Shown in pieces: positions 11,406-26,400 of a stretch of DNA of 64,000 nucleotides. Every line of letters begins with the position of its first letter. Position 1 is the stretch's first letter. This stretch comes from Bacilli bacterium (GTDB lineage: Bacteria; Bacillota_I; Bacilli_A; RFN20; DUOF01). A model generated the notes under the pieces. The model was not told the DNA's origin. It saw only the letters and a program-made list of their open reading frames with translations, and did not search any database. A program made the translations under genes and the position numbers. The stretch is taken from positions 278 to 64,277 of the forward strand of contig JBGVCT010000009.1 of NCBI GenBank assembly GCA_045118975.1. The letters run 5' to 3'.

Positions 11406-14400
11406 TTAAGCAGCCTTAACTCTCTTTCTAAGTTTCATGATTAGGAATCCACCACCGATAACACCGATGACACCTAATACATAGAATACCCATGTAAATG
11501 ATCCGCCACCTTGAGAAGATGCACCTGTATTAGTTGTATCTTCTTCAGGTTTTTCAACATTGCCATTTCCATCATCATTTTCAACTAAGATAATCATTAA
11601 GTATGCTTGACCATTAATTTCAATAATGCTGTCTAATGCAATTGGGTCATTTAGTTTGATACTTGTAGACAAGTTATGAATATCGCTACCATTGTACTTA
11701 CGTATATATCTGAAGTTTTCTCCATTCATACCGATAACATGAACTCCATCACTAACTTTGATGTTATCTAATGCAGTCTTGTTAGTACTATATGGAATTG
11801 ATTGCTTACTTGTATCGTACTTAATCAAGTGAATTTCTCTATATTCCATTGGAACACTAGTTATTTCTCCACCCACATTTTGTTCTACGCTTATTGTAGG
11901 CTTACCATTTTCATTAAGTACTTTCTTATATACATAGAATTCAACAATTTTTGGGTTACCAGCTTTATCTACTGCAGTTAATTTATATAGACCTGTACCA
12001 ATAATGTTACCATTTTCATCTATATATTCACTTACAACAGTTGTAACAACTGGCTCGTATCCAACTCCATTAAATCTTTCTAGTTCAATAGTATTAATAT
12101 TGTCATCTCTTACAGCAAAGTGAACAAACTTAATTACTTCATCTAATGTATAAGATCCAGTTGCAGAGTTTAGTATACAATTTGCTGGATCAGTTTGAGC
12201 ACACCAGTTCATGTATTCAACATCACTAGGTTGATGTTCATTAGCTCCATACAAGTCAATAATTGGATCGTTTCTATCTAGAATAAATGTATAAGTATAC
12301 TCAGCAGAGTAATTTCCTGCTCTATCTTCTGCATAGAAGATTAATTTATTTTCTCCATCTACAAGAGATAGATTTAACTTACTAGTATACTTCACATAGT
12401 TACTAGCACCAGGAGCTTTATACTTAATTGTACATGTAGAATCAGAACTATATAATGAGTTAGCATTGTCACTACATAATGGTAATGATTGAGATACTCT
12501 TACAGTTGATACATGGAATGTTTGGTTCATAGTATCAATTGTTGGAGCAATATTATCATTTAAGTAAACAGTTACTATAATCACTAATGGATCATCAGCA
12601 CTACCTTCATACTTATAAGTACACTTATATGTGCCTGTATATTTACCAACATCGCTACCAGCATTAGATTGTACACATGTCTTAGATGGAGAACCTGTAA
12701 TTAAACCATTATAGATTTCACCCTCGAATGCATCTGTAACCTTAATACTAATCTTATTTAATCTTTCCTCTGTAAGTTGAGTGAATAATAATTTATTATC
12801 AGCACTAACCTCAGCATAAGCATTATAAGTCTTACCATCAAGGTGATTTGAAACATTGTCATTTTGTGCAAGACCAGAATCTATAATTTCAAATTCAGGA
12901 ATCTTAGTATTTATTACATTTAAGTTGAATGTAATTGTAGCATATAGAGTTAAATTACTTGCATTATAAATCTTATAAACAAGTTTATATCTACCTAAAG
13001 ATCTAGGTCTAAATGCATCGCCATTGCTTAAAGCAGTAGCAAGCATATTTTCACCATTACTTTCTAATGGGCTAGAACCAAGTCTAGAATCAGAAGCTGA
13101 ATACTCAAATACGCTTAAGTTATATACACCATAGATTTGGTTAGGTTCACTTACAGTAATATTTGTAATAGCTCTAGTCAAAGAAATACCTGTATTCTTA
13201 ATATCGCTATATTCAAAGTTACCCATAGTAATTACATTACCAGATACTGTATATCCCTTAGATGTATCTACATCTAATCTAGTAATCTTAGGGGCAGTAT
13301 TATCTTTAACTGTCAATGTATAATGCTTAGTAGCAGTATTAACTACTGTTCTACCATTTCTTACATATCCACCATCAGTTAAAGTGAATGTTACTTCATA
13401 AGTTCCAGAGAAGTAGAATAAGAATACACCATCAACATAGCTTGCATAAGTTAATCCATCATATATTAATTCTGTATTTACTCCACAAGGTATTGAGTCA
13501 AATGTATGAGAAGGAGTACTGCTATAAGCAACTACAACTCCACATGTCAATCCATCATCCTTGTAATAGTTATCAGAATATGAGAAATCACTTATTGCTA
13601 ATCTAGCATATTCGCCATCTCCTCTATCAGTGATACTAATATTTTGACTTACGTCATTAGTTCCAACACTGAATGTAGGAGCTATTGTATCTTCTACAAT
13701 AATTGGTAAGTAGTAATAAGAAGTATTACCAAACTCATCTGTGTATTGTACATAGAAGTTATATGAACCAGTAGTCATTAATTGTGTTAATGCATATGAT
13801 TCTGTATCATCTTCTTTTAATCCATCTGTATGAGGTTGACCTTCAATTGAACCAGTATAGTATAGATATACTCTTGCCTTTTGAGTTGCAGATAATGAAT
13901 CATAAGCTACACCATCAAATCTTAAGATTTCCTTCAATACTTTTAATAATGTTTCACTAGATGCTCTTTCTGTCTTAACTACTTGTAAGTATAATCCAAC
14001 ATTATTTGACTTACACTTGCTTTCATAGTCAGAAGCATTAGTATTACATATTACTAATCTAGAAGTTGCTTTCTCAACAGCATAACCATCAGTTGAGTCT
14101 GTGAATACATATCTATATGACTTATCAGATAAGTAATCTAAACTTGTATAGATAGTATATAAGTTTTTACTACTTGTTGTAGGAGTATTAATAACTGGAT
14201 TAGCAAAATCAAATGTCTTAGAAAGTGTGCTTGATCCAATATTTCTATGGTCATATACTTCCATTGTGATTCCTGTAATATATTCGATATCAGGAATGTA
14301 AGGACTATTTGCCATTGCTAGAGTTATAAGTACTCTTAATGGTAAATCTGTGATTGTATTTTCATGAGGCGTATATGGAGTAAGCGAAATAATTGTCTCG

Positions 14401-17400
14401 CCTTCTCTATTTAGGGTATAGTTAACTCCATCTAGAGTAATCATTGTATCAGTTGATTCAACAGTGGATAAATCATAGAATACTAATTCACCATTAGTAT
14501 CAACAATTGATACTCCACCATTATTAACAGGTATAGAAATTGGAGTATAAGTTTCTCCTCTCTTATATACATATCCTAAAGATGTACTATAAGTGAATCT
14601 ATAAGATATAGCACCTGCTTTAACAATTACTTCTACATAGTCAAATCCAATATCTTCAATTGTAATATTAGTTGCAAATGTTGGTATTTGACCTACACCT
14701 TGTAAGAATACTGAGTAACCCATAGAAGAATTATCTATTGGTGCCTCATTGTAAGTTAATAAGATTTCAGCTTCATCTGCGTCAACCTTAATTGTATATC
14801 TATTAACATTTAGACATTGGCTATTATTATCTAAGTCACAAATTTCTAATACATGTGTACCATTTGTTCTAATAGTAATTTCTACAGTATTATTAGTTGC
14901 TTGAGACATTGGAGCTGCATCAAGTTTATACATAATATAATTTCTTTCAGAATCTCTATTGTCAGAACCAATAAACTTAATTCCTGTAGCGCCTAAAGCA
15001 TTATAGATAGTTTCTTCATTTAATTCTTGTCCATCATAAGTAATGATTGGAGCAATTGTATCAATTCTAAAGTATAGTTTAAATACTCTAGACTTGATTA
15101 CATTACCAGCAGCATCTGTATCAGTTGCTAACATATACATTACATATTCACTATTATCTGTAATATTTAGAGTAATAGTAGATACATAATATCCCTTAGA
15201 CTCATCAAATACTGTTGCAGTTATAATATCTGCTCTCTTAGCAATACCTGGAGTCTCAAATGCAGTCTTGAATTGAGCACTTGTTTCTACAGTAATATTT
15301 TGACCTGATTTACCCTTATCAATAACGATAAATTGAACAGTCTTAACATTACTTTCAACATTGATAATTTGAGTAGTTTGATTATAAATAAGTGTATTAT
15401 TACCATTATATGTTACACCATTATGTACAATACCACTGTTATTAGTAATAACTGGTGCAGAAATATTTACACTTCTTAAATCAATTTCATCATGTAAGTA
15501 ATAATATAAGTTTCCTCTAGTATCTAAAGCATAAACTTTAATATATTTACCAACAAGAGAGCTTAAATCCTCAATGTCTGCAGGTTTAATAAATGCAAGA
15601 ACAAGAGAATCTGGATTTGTTCCATCCTTAATATCATCATAACACTCAGGTTGTTGAGTTTGAGGATTAATGCTACATTCTAAGTAACCTAGAACTGTAT
15701 GGTTAACTACGTTAGTTAAAATTGATTTTAATCTAATTGTAGCCGCTGCACCATCAGTTGTTTGAGTGAACTCATATGTATATGTAGCAGATGGTAAGTT
15801 AGAGAAGTTAGTAACAACAAATACATCAGATAGATCAGATTCATTTTGAGCCTTATCCACTACTCTTATATAGAATTGTCTATATTCGAATGTTAATGAA
15901 TTTGTAGAGTTATAGTTAGTTATAGTACCAATTAAATCAGTCATAGTACTATCTCCATATACTCTTAACTCAGTATGATAATTATCTAATCCAGTAATCT
16001 TAATGTAGTTCTTACCCTCTCCTTGATATGCTTCATATTTTACATATGCATTATTGTCATTAGTTGAAGGTAGTTCAGAAGGAATATCTTCATTAGTAAT
16101 AATACTGTCTTTTGTATTATCGATTGTAAATCCTGAAGTTAAGTTGATATTAGTTATCTCAACTTCATTTCCAAATACATCTGTAATAGTTAACATTAAT
16201 GAATTGAAATATCCTTGATATGTAACTGGCAAGTATACCTCATCACTAATTTCCATGTCATCAAATGTATTTAAAACAGTTCCAGGAACATCAATTGTAT
16301 ATGTCATTGTAATAGATGACAACTTAACATAAATTGTCTTGTAGTAACCATTATTAGCTAAATCAACTTGTAGGTCAGGACTTTGACTTAACAAGATTTC
16401 AGCAGCTGTATAGTTATTTCCATCAATATATGTTAATTCAAGTGGAACGCTTTCTACACCAACTTCTTGGTTAGCAGCATTCATTGTAACAACAAGTTTA
16501 ATCTTATCACCATTTACAAGATGTAGATCAGCCACATTAATTTCATATGTTCTTGTTGCATCTTCATCATAGCAATACTTACTTGAATCATAATCACAGA
16601 ATCCTTCAGCTCTTATTATTGTAGATTGTAATGGAATTATTGTTCCACCATTATTCTTTGTATAAGAAGCAGTAACAGAAATTTCTGATAAAGTAGATGT
16701 AATCTTAGGAAGAGTGAAGATTAAACGTCCCTCAGTCTTTGTACTTGAGAAATAAGTACCTACAACTTTTGCTCCAGTAGCAGATGATGCGTGTGCATCA
16801 AACACTGGTTTAAATCCTGGAGTAACAATATCACTATGGTCAATATTAGTAATAATGATATCATCACTACACTTTTCTACTCCATAAATACTTGTTACAC
16901 AAGCTCTATATCTACCATTCTCTCTAGCAACATATTCTAGAACGCTTGTTTCAACTTCTTTAAATTCTTCTTGGTCATACATATACCAAATAATTGATTC
17001 ATAGTCACTTGCCTCAGCATTAATTGTTGCAGTAAGTGTTACATGTCCACCAGTAATACCTGTACTGCTCTTAGCTATACTAAAGTCAATACCTCTAGAC
17101 ACATTAACAAATACATATTTGTGTGTATATGAATTTCCAACATTATCCACTACATACATTATAAATGTTCCTTCACTTACCATATATGTAGCCGCATTAC
17201 CATTTGGATATAAGTAAGCGTAATTGTTGTTTTGACAAGTAGCAATTAGAGATGGATCTAATTCTGTAGCATTGAATAAACAAGCCTTTGAAAGTCCACT
17301 AGTTACATCTCTTAATCCACCATTTAATTTAACTACTACATTTGATTCAGTTAATACAAATGTTGTTACATCTTTACTAGTAGAATCAACATCGTAAATA

Positions 17401-20400
17401 TTCTTTGTAGTACTGTATACAGGAGCATTGTAATCTACTTCTATGCCACGTGTAGTTGTTACTGTCATGTGATAATCTACAAATGGATTATCTTCATCAA
17501 CAACTATTCTAACAACTAATTCTTCACTTACATTTCCTGCTTCATCAGTTACTGTAACTACAAGATTAGCATCAACTACACTAAGTGCTAATGATTGTTC
17601 TTTAACATTAGTATATCCAGCACCATAAACTCTTGCAATTAGAGATAGAGTAGCACCATTAGCAATATATCCACCTACAGGGTTTATATTTACTGTAATT
17701 GATTTAATTCCCTCATTTGCTAGGAACTCTAATTCTTGAGCCATAGCTATATTATGAGAAATATAGTAAACTCCAGAATCAACATTATAATATAGGCTAT
17801 CACTATAACCATTTACAGCAACAGTTGGACTAGTTATGTCTATATTAGTCTTATATTCTCCACTAATATATTCATTTCCTAATACGTCAACTATTCTAAA
17901 GTAAATTTCAGCATTAGCAATATCTTTATTAATACCTAAATCTGTATAGTAGATATTCTCTTCATCAGCCACGATATCTTTGATGAACTCATCATTAATG
18001 AATAATTCCATCTTAATGATATCAATGTTCTTAGAAGGATTATCTTTAATATGACTAGTTACATTAGGTTTAGTAATCTTATTTGTATATGGATTGATTG
18101 TTGGAAGTTCAAATACGATTTCTGAATCAGCTAATTGAACATTTCTTAATAATTCAATTTCAGTGGCATTTCCAGCAAAGTCAGTAACTTCTGCAATTAA
18201 TGTATATACAATTCCAGACTCTAGGCTAATATTAGCACCATTAGCAACTGGTACAGATAACCATTTATCTCCACCATCTGGATAATATCCAAATCTATAT
18301 GTATTGATTCCACTAACTGTATTAGTTGGTTTAGTTTCATCAATTTCTTCTGTCACATTAAGTGTGAATGCAGGGTTCTTACAATAGTAGATACCATCAA
18401 TTAATGTACAATTTGTATATTCAAATGAATGATATACTGGAGCAAAGTTATCAACATTGTCTATTTCTCTAACAATATCAATACTATTTCCTGCATCATC
18501 ATGGAATGTATAAGTGTATGTTCCATTTTCATCTTCTACAAATACAAATGTATATACATGATCTTCTACAGTTGGTAATACTCCACCTTCATGAGTATAT
18601 AGACATTCATCTTGATAATCTCTATTACACCATAGTGTTATAACAATTTCTCTATTCTTAGTTGGTAATGAGTTATCTGGACCTATTACTTCATATTCAT
18701 CTCCATGGATACCATTATCGAATCTTACTCCTTCTAATAAAGCAGCAACAATATTAGTATTTGTAGAATCATTTAGATATGCAGTAATAGTGATATCAAA
18801 TACTCCATCGAATATATTAGTTAACACTAATGTATTTCCTTCAAAATAGATGTTGTATGTGTTAAGTGGTGTTTCTGTATTGAAAGTAAATACTTCTCCA
18901 CCAAGTTCAACAACATATGTTGCAGTATATCCATATGTAGCATAATCATTGAATAACTTACTTACATCAATACTATGAGTAATATTATATACATTACTAT
19001 CTATTTGCGCATTTGTTAATCTTAAGTCAACAACTAGATATCTATATGTAACTAATAACATAACGTTTTCGCTAGTATAGTATCCATATGTTATAGCAGT
19101 TGTACCTAGAGGTAAAATATAGTTATTTCCATCTCTAGAAGCTGTTCCATGACTACTTATCATGTTAACGAATACATAGTGAGTATTTGCTAACTCTCCA
19201 TGAGTAATTGTAATTGGAGCAGTAGTATTTTCTGTATAGATTACTGAATGATTTTGCTCATTCATAACATAAATATCTTCGCTTGCTCCACCAACTGTTA
19301 TGTCAATAGCCTCTGCTACAGATATAGTCTTATTAATTCTATACTTCCATCCACTATTCTCTTCAACTGTATAAGTTAATACGCATGTACCTACAACTGA
19401 ATCAAGTGCACTACATGAAGTATAGTTAGGAGTAATAGTTTTTACTGTTTCTCCTCTAGTAATCATTACTGAATCTTCAATAGTAGTAGCAGTATCTCCT
19501 TCTTGTGGAGCTACAAATGTAGTTCTTATATCTTCTTCACTAACAGGAGTAGTATTTACATGAACGTTAGTAATTTTAATTGGGTATGAAGCAGTGATCT
19601 TATTTGCATATTTATGATCTGCCTCAATAAATCTTACATTTACTGTAAATTCGATTGTATCATTAAGTGCAATATCCTTGCTTGAAGAAATAGTAACAAC
19701 ATTGCTATTAGCATTAAATGTTGCATATACTCCTTCTGGTAGGTTAAGTACGTTAGTTACATAAACATTTTCATCTAATACAACATCATATGTCTTAGTA
19801 CCGAATACATCACCTACAGTAATAGCTCTATGTTCTTCTTCTACTGTAGTAGCACTTAAGTAATTATGTTTACCATCAGTAAATCCATCAAAATAATCAT
19901 CTAATGTAAGATTTGTAATTACAAATCCTTCATTAGCGTTACCCACATCATCAGACATTGGATTTACAGTAACCTTGAAGTCTCTATAGTTGATTAATAA
20001 TTCATTTGTCAAATCGTATTCAATTATTACAATACCATTTGCTCCAGCCTTAGCCCATGCAGGTGCTAAACATTCTCCACTTTGAGATGTTATACAATAT
20101 GATACATCATCAATAATTGGACTTAGAGCATCTTCAATTCTAATAGTTAATTCTAGACTTGTCTTGTTATAAGACATATTTACAAGAGTAGTTACTGGAG
20201 CTGTTCTATCTACAAATAATCTTGTAGAGTAAACACCAATATTTCCTACATTATCCTCAACAGTAACTTTAAGTATTCTATTACCATCTTCAACAATACT
20301 AATATCTAGATAGTTATCTTCAGGAACAAGAGTAACACATTCAGTTGTATTAACACTTGAACAAGCTTCATATTTAATTGCATAAACTCCACTAGCATCT

Positions 20401-23400
20401 ACTGTAGGATCACTAACCCTAATATTTGCTACAGGAATCTTATGTTCTTCATTGTCTGCGATTGTATCGAATTCTACAACTGGAGCTGTTCTATCAATAT
20501 ATGTAGAGAATTGATTAATTGTTTCTACTGCATATACCTTATTAACACCAGTCATACCAAGAGTAACTTTGATAATATTATCGCTTCTATCAAACTTGTT
20601 ACTACTATGTACAGCTCTAATACCATCATTATTAATTGTTATAGTATAAACTTCACCATTTAAAGTGATAGTAGAATATCTAGTTACATCGATAGCATTA
20701 ACAGCATCTGTACCTAAGTAAACAATTGGATTTTCACCTAATAATCTATTAAATTCAACATTGAATGTTAATGTAGATGAAGTGTTGTCATCTAAGTATG
20801 TCTTACCATTGTGAGCAATTCCATTTACAATTGATGCTTCCATAATAGTTGGCTTAATGTTATCAAATGTAAATTTATTAGATACAACTCTATAGTAAGG
20901 AACACTTTCTACAAATCTAATCCATGCATCCTTAGCTACTGTGTAATTAGAATCGATAGTACCAGCTAACGATACAACAACATTTTCACCAGATCTAACT
21001 GTAGTAATAGTTAAGTTAGTTAATCCAGGAATTGTTGTACATAGTTGATCTTCACTATCCCCCTCACACCATAAACCATATTTATCCTTATTATTTAACT
21101 TATCAATAATATCATCATATATACCAATATTATTTCTAATAGTTAATGTAGGCATTAATGTTCTTTGAGAGATTAATACATTACCTGCATCAAGTGTCAT
21201 AGTAACAATATAACCGCCCTCAACACTTACAATATTGTCAAATACTTCATGTACTTCAGTAACATTATTAGCCTTATCTACAAGTGTACCGCTAATATCA
21301 ATTGTTAATTCACCAATAAGTCCAGCTAAAGGAATTTCACTAACACCATCATTTACAAATGCTCCATAAGCAGAACCATTAATAGTTAATACTAAGTTAT
21401 TTGTAATATCTGCCTCTACTCCATCTACTGTAACAATTAGTTTATCAACAGATTCATTACAATAATATGTAATATGACCATTAGTAATATTAGTAGACTT
21501 GATACATCCATTAGCTTCAACAGTAATTGTTGGATAATCAACAAAGTCTGTATCAATATGGTAATTAGTCATTTCAGCAATATCAACCTCATTTAGAGGA
21601 TTGTATGCTTTATCATATAGTGTTGGTTGATTATTTCCAAGTGGTGAGAATCCTAAAATTTGTAGATCTCCATTATGTCCACTTGATGGCATATATTTAT
21701 AAGTTAATGTATTACCATTTAAAATAACTTCATCAACAGGAATTGTAGTTGTTCCAACTTTAATCATTAATGAAGGAACACCATTAACCGCAATAACATC
21801 TCTATTAGTAAATGTATATTCAAGAACAAGAGTATCTTCTTCATTTTTATATGTCTTAACTGTAGGGAAGTTATCACTTAGAGTTACATCATCAACTGTA
21901 TCATAAACAATAAAGTTGAATGTTTGTACTACGTTAGGAATATTGTTAACTGATGCAGCTGCTGAAGGTATTGTTAATGTATTTGTTCCCTTCTCAATTG
22001 TACCAGTGTATACAAGCTTACCAGTCATATATTGATATCCACTTGTAAGTGTATTAGAAATATTTTCAATTGTTCCAACACCAATAGTAGCAAATATTAC
22101 ATCATCTAAATCCTTAACATAGTAATATGTTGCACCATTATCAACTTTAGATAGAGGTATTGAATAAGCAAATGGATTGAATGGATCAATTACATAAGGA
22201 ACAAATATAGGTCCAGCAACAATCTTGATTAAGATTGTAACTTCTGGTGATAAGTTACCAATTGTATCCTTGTAATATCCTTCAGGAATAGTTAATACAT
22301 ATTGTGTATAACTATTTGTTGTAGTAATAGTAAATACTTTATTAACATCATTACATTCAGCCAAATTATTTACTGAACATTTTATGTCTGTATTTCTTAT
22401 TGAGTAAACTTCATCTGTAAGAGTATATTCAAATGTAATAGTTTGCTCAGCATTGAATGCGTATTCTTGTTGTTCAAATCTTAACTCTGGCTTATCATTA
22501 TCAAATACTACATTCAATAATGCAATTTCTTCTCCACTATAATCAGTTATCTTAACAGTAGAATTCTTATCAAATGAAGCATTTGTATATGTCCAAGTAT
22601 AAGATCTATCTCCTTCATTTCTAGTTAATACACCAAAGTTGATACTCTTAATCCATCTACTTGCAGTAAATGTTATTGAGTACTCTGTTGATACATAATC
22701 ACTAACTAGATATTTTCCATTAACTTCAACTGCATTCTCTTTATTAATGTTTCCTGGATCCACAGCAAATGGAGCACTATCATCAATAAATACATATTCA
22801 GTTGGCATTCTTACGTTCTTATTTCCATATTGATCTTCATAAACATCTGCATTTATTACTAGTTTACCATCATCAATAGAAATATAACTTCCACATCCAT
22901 CTGGTGTTAATATACATGTTAAGATTGAACCATCACTAGTTGTGATTTCAATCTCATTTTGAGGTCTTTCACCAAAATAGTATACTCTACTTTCATCTTT
23001 ATTTAGATAAGCAATGTTAGTAATACTTAACGCTGGCTTATCATCGCTTACATAGATTGTTACTCCTGTAAATGTAACTTGAACTGATTGGTTACCAGCC
23101 TTATCTACAACAGCACCTGCTAATACTATAGGATTATAGTTACCAGCATTTGGATAAGTAACAGTGTAATAATATTTCACACCTGGAGCATTAACTGGAT
23201 ATTGCTCATCTACGAATAATTCATATCTGATTGATTCATTTGGAATTATTGTGTTGTCTCCTCCATCTATAGTTACACCAACAACAACTGGAGCAGTTCC
23301 ATCATAAATAATTTCATCGCCCTTAACTTCACTACCATTAATACTTCCTTGACTGTAGTTTCCAGCAGCATCATACAAGCTATAATCAATCTTAGTGATT

Positions 23401-26400
23401 TCTAATTCGCCATCAACTAAGTTAGTGAAACTTTGTAAGTTAACAGTGATAAATGTATATGTTTGATCAATATTTACTGGAGTAGTAATTACTGAAACTT
23501 CACCAAGATATACAGTAACTGTACTCTTAGAGCTAATTCTACTATCAAATCTAATTGTTAGTACTGCATTAGCTAGTGTTTCTCTTCTTAAATAATATAC
23601 ACCATCTTGTTTTGCAACACCTGTTACATTTATTGTTGCATAATCACCAGCAGCAAATCCAACCGGTGTTGAGTCAATAAATGCTTCGCTATATTCTTTA
23701 ATGAACAATGGATCTGTTTCACTTGTGAATGTATTTGCAAAGTTATAAGCAATAGTATCTTTAATAGGTCTATCTAATACTATACTTGTAATAGCAAATG
23801 GACCATTATCTCCAACATACAATGTAGCATCAGGAATAATTGTGAATGCTAGAGTTGAATTCATCGGTATAGCTTCACCATCAATAGAATATGACTTAGC
23901 ACCAATCTTATAGTTAAGAGTTGGAATTACACCAACCATATCTATACCCTTACTTGCTGCATTAATTGCAACTTCAACTGTAAATGGTTCTTTTGTATAG
24001 AATACATTAACTGCACCTGTGCTAGAAGTAACAGATACTCCTCCAATAGCAACTCTACTATTATCTAAAGTATATGTAGAAGAATTGTTTGGATTTCCTG
24101 CCATGTCAAACATAGCACCAGCACCTAATATAATTGTATAAACTTCAGAACCTAAACCATTTATAGTTATTGTTTTATCTGCGTTCAATACAACTTCTTT
24201 ATTACCAGTAACACTAATTACATTCTTATTTGTGATTTCACAATTTACATATGTAGCCTTATCACAAACAATCTTGAATGTAGCGCTACTATTACTGCTT
24301 CTTTCCTTTACTAATTCTAATATAGGTGTAAATCCTTCATTATCTACAGCATATCCTAAATTAGCATTAGGTGATAATAAGATATTATTATATAGTACAT
24401 CCATTGCACCTGTAACATTATCAAATGATACAAGAGCCACTTCACCATATTGTGATAAGTTAATTTCATCTTGATATGTATAAACGTGAACGCCATTAGC
24501 ACTATCATAAGTATATGTATATCTTACAATTGTATATTTTGCAGTTCCAACACTATAAATAATGCCAGGAGCAACAATAATTGGATTGTTATACTCTAAT
24601 ATAAATGTAATTTTATCAGTAGCATTCAATACAATCTTAGGATTTCCTTCTGTTACAGTTCCTTCACTACTAGTTACCTTTTGAGTAAGTGTAGTTTCTT
24701 CACTAATTAATATATATTTAAATATCTTTTCAGAGTTTGCTACACCTGCAGCAGTAAATGTATTTTCAGGAATCTTAATAGAAACAACACCATCAACAGA
24801 TACTGTTACATCATCTTGACTAGGTATATATCTATAGAATGACTCATATACACTGAAGACACTATAATTAGATGTAATTAATTCTACATCTGAAGCAAAG
24901 TACAATACACTGTAATCATTTACATAGTAGATGTATTCATTATCTCCATCTAAAATTCTATTTGCTTGTTTTGCGTTATATTCCAAATAGATGTAAGGAC
25001 TTAATGTATAACTATCTTCTTTTACATCAATTTGTACAACAACCTCTTCACTAGCATTACCCGCAAGGTCAACATATATGCCAGCAGGAATTATTAGTTT
25101 AACAACACGAGGATTATCATTATATGCAAAGATATAAGACATTGTGTTATTAGCACTATTTACTAATACATTTGGATTATTACTTGCAGAAGCAACATAG
25201 GTTGCTGTTTCACTTACTGAATAAGCATATCCAGAGATTGTATATGTATTACCTACACCAGTAAGAGTATTGACATTTACAGCAATTGTTGGATTTTCAA
25301 GAGTAACAACTGGTAACTCTCTATCTACCACAATATTCATTTCTTCATTAGCGTATTGAGTATCTACATAAGTATTTCCTGATCTATCAGTCATTGTAAT
25401 AGTATATGCAAAAGTAGGTATACCATCTTGAGAGAACATTTCTGTAGCTAGTGGTATTCTAACTGTAGATATATTTTCAAATGTTCTAGTAATCTTAGCT
25501 CCCATTCCATTAGTCATTACGATTTCAATAACAACCTTAGAAAGCGGTTCGCTAAATGCGAAGTCAATACCTGCAGTTTTTAATGTTTGAGTATTTAAAT
25601 AATACTTACCATCATCATTTACTGTAACTGATGAGCTAGTAATAGTTGGTTTAGCTGTTAATCTAGGTCCACTAGTATCAGCGCTAATTCCTGTACTTGC
25701 TCCAGCCCATAAAATTTCAGTAGCAACAAACTTAGTGCTATCATATAGTGCTCCTTCAGGATTGTTAACAGATATAATTCTGAATTCACCACTATCATTA
25801 GAATCGATAGCGATACTTGCTCTTAATACTGAATTTACTATTGTACCAGAAATTGTTCTAGGATCAGCTGTAGTTCCAAACCTATATGTTACATATATTA
25901 TTCCATATTCATTAACTGTTTTATTGAAGTTAATAGCAACATTAATAGTTTTGCCATCTGATAATACAGTTCCATTAGTTAAAGTTTTACCACTAGTATC
26001 AGTATATACAATTGATGATATAGCAATACCACTGTTATCTAACTTATATTCATCAGTTACTAGTGATTCATTTCCAGCTTTATCTACAATTGCACCCTTA
26101 GCAAGAGCAATAGTATACTTAGTTGTTCTCTTAGTTAAACCAGAGATAATTATTCTATTATCACTAACTCTAACATTTTCATTATCAGCAGCAACTCTAC
26201 TACCATCTAAAATAATATATGTTTTATCAACTAAAGCACAATCAACATATTCTGCATCCTTACCACAAGAGAACTCAAATTGTGCTGTTGCACCATTTAA
26301 TCTATATGAATCAACAAATGTAAGAGTTGGTTTAAATGATCTTGTATCTACATATAAACCATTTGTAAATATTGTACTATTTCTAGACAACGCAGATATA

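Noticed and set aside
20194-20495. Direct DNA repeat ACTGGAGCTGTTCTATC as a CRISPR or recombination site
   Set aside because: Only two copies, both encoding the DRTAPV Ig-domain boundary motif.
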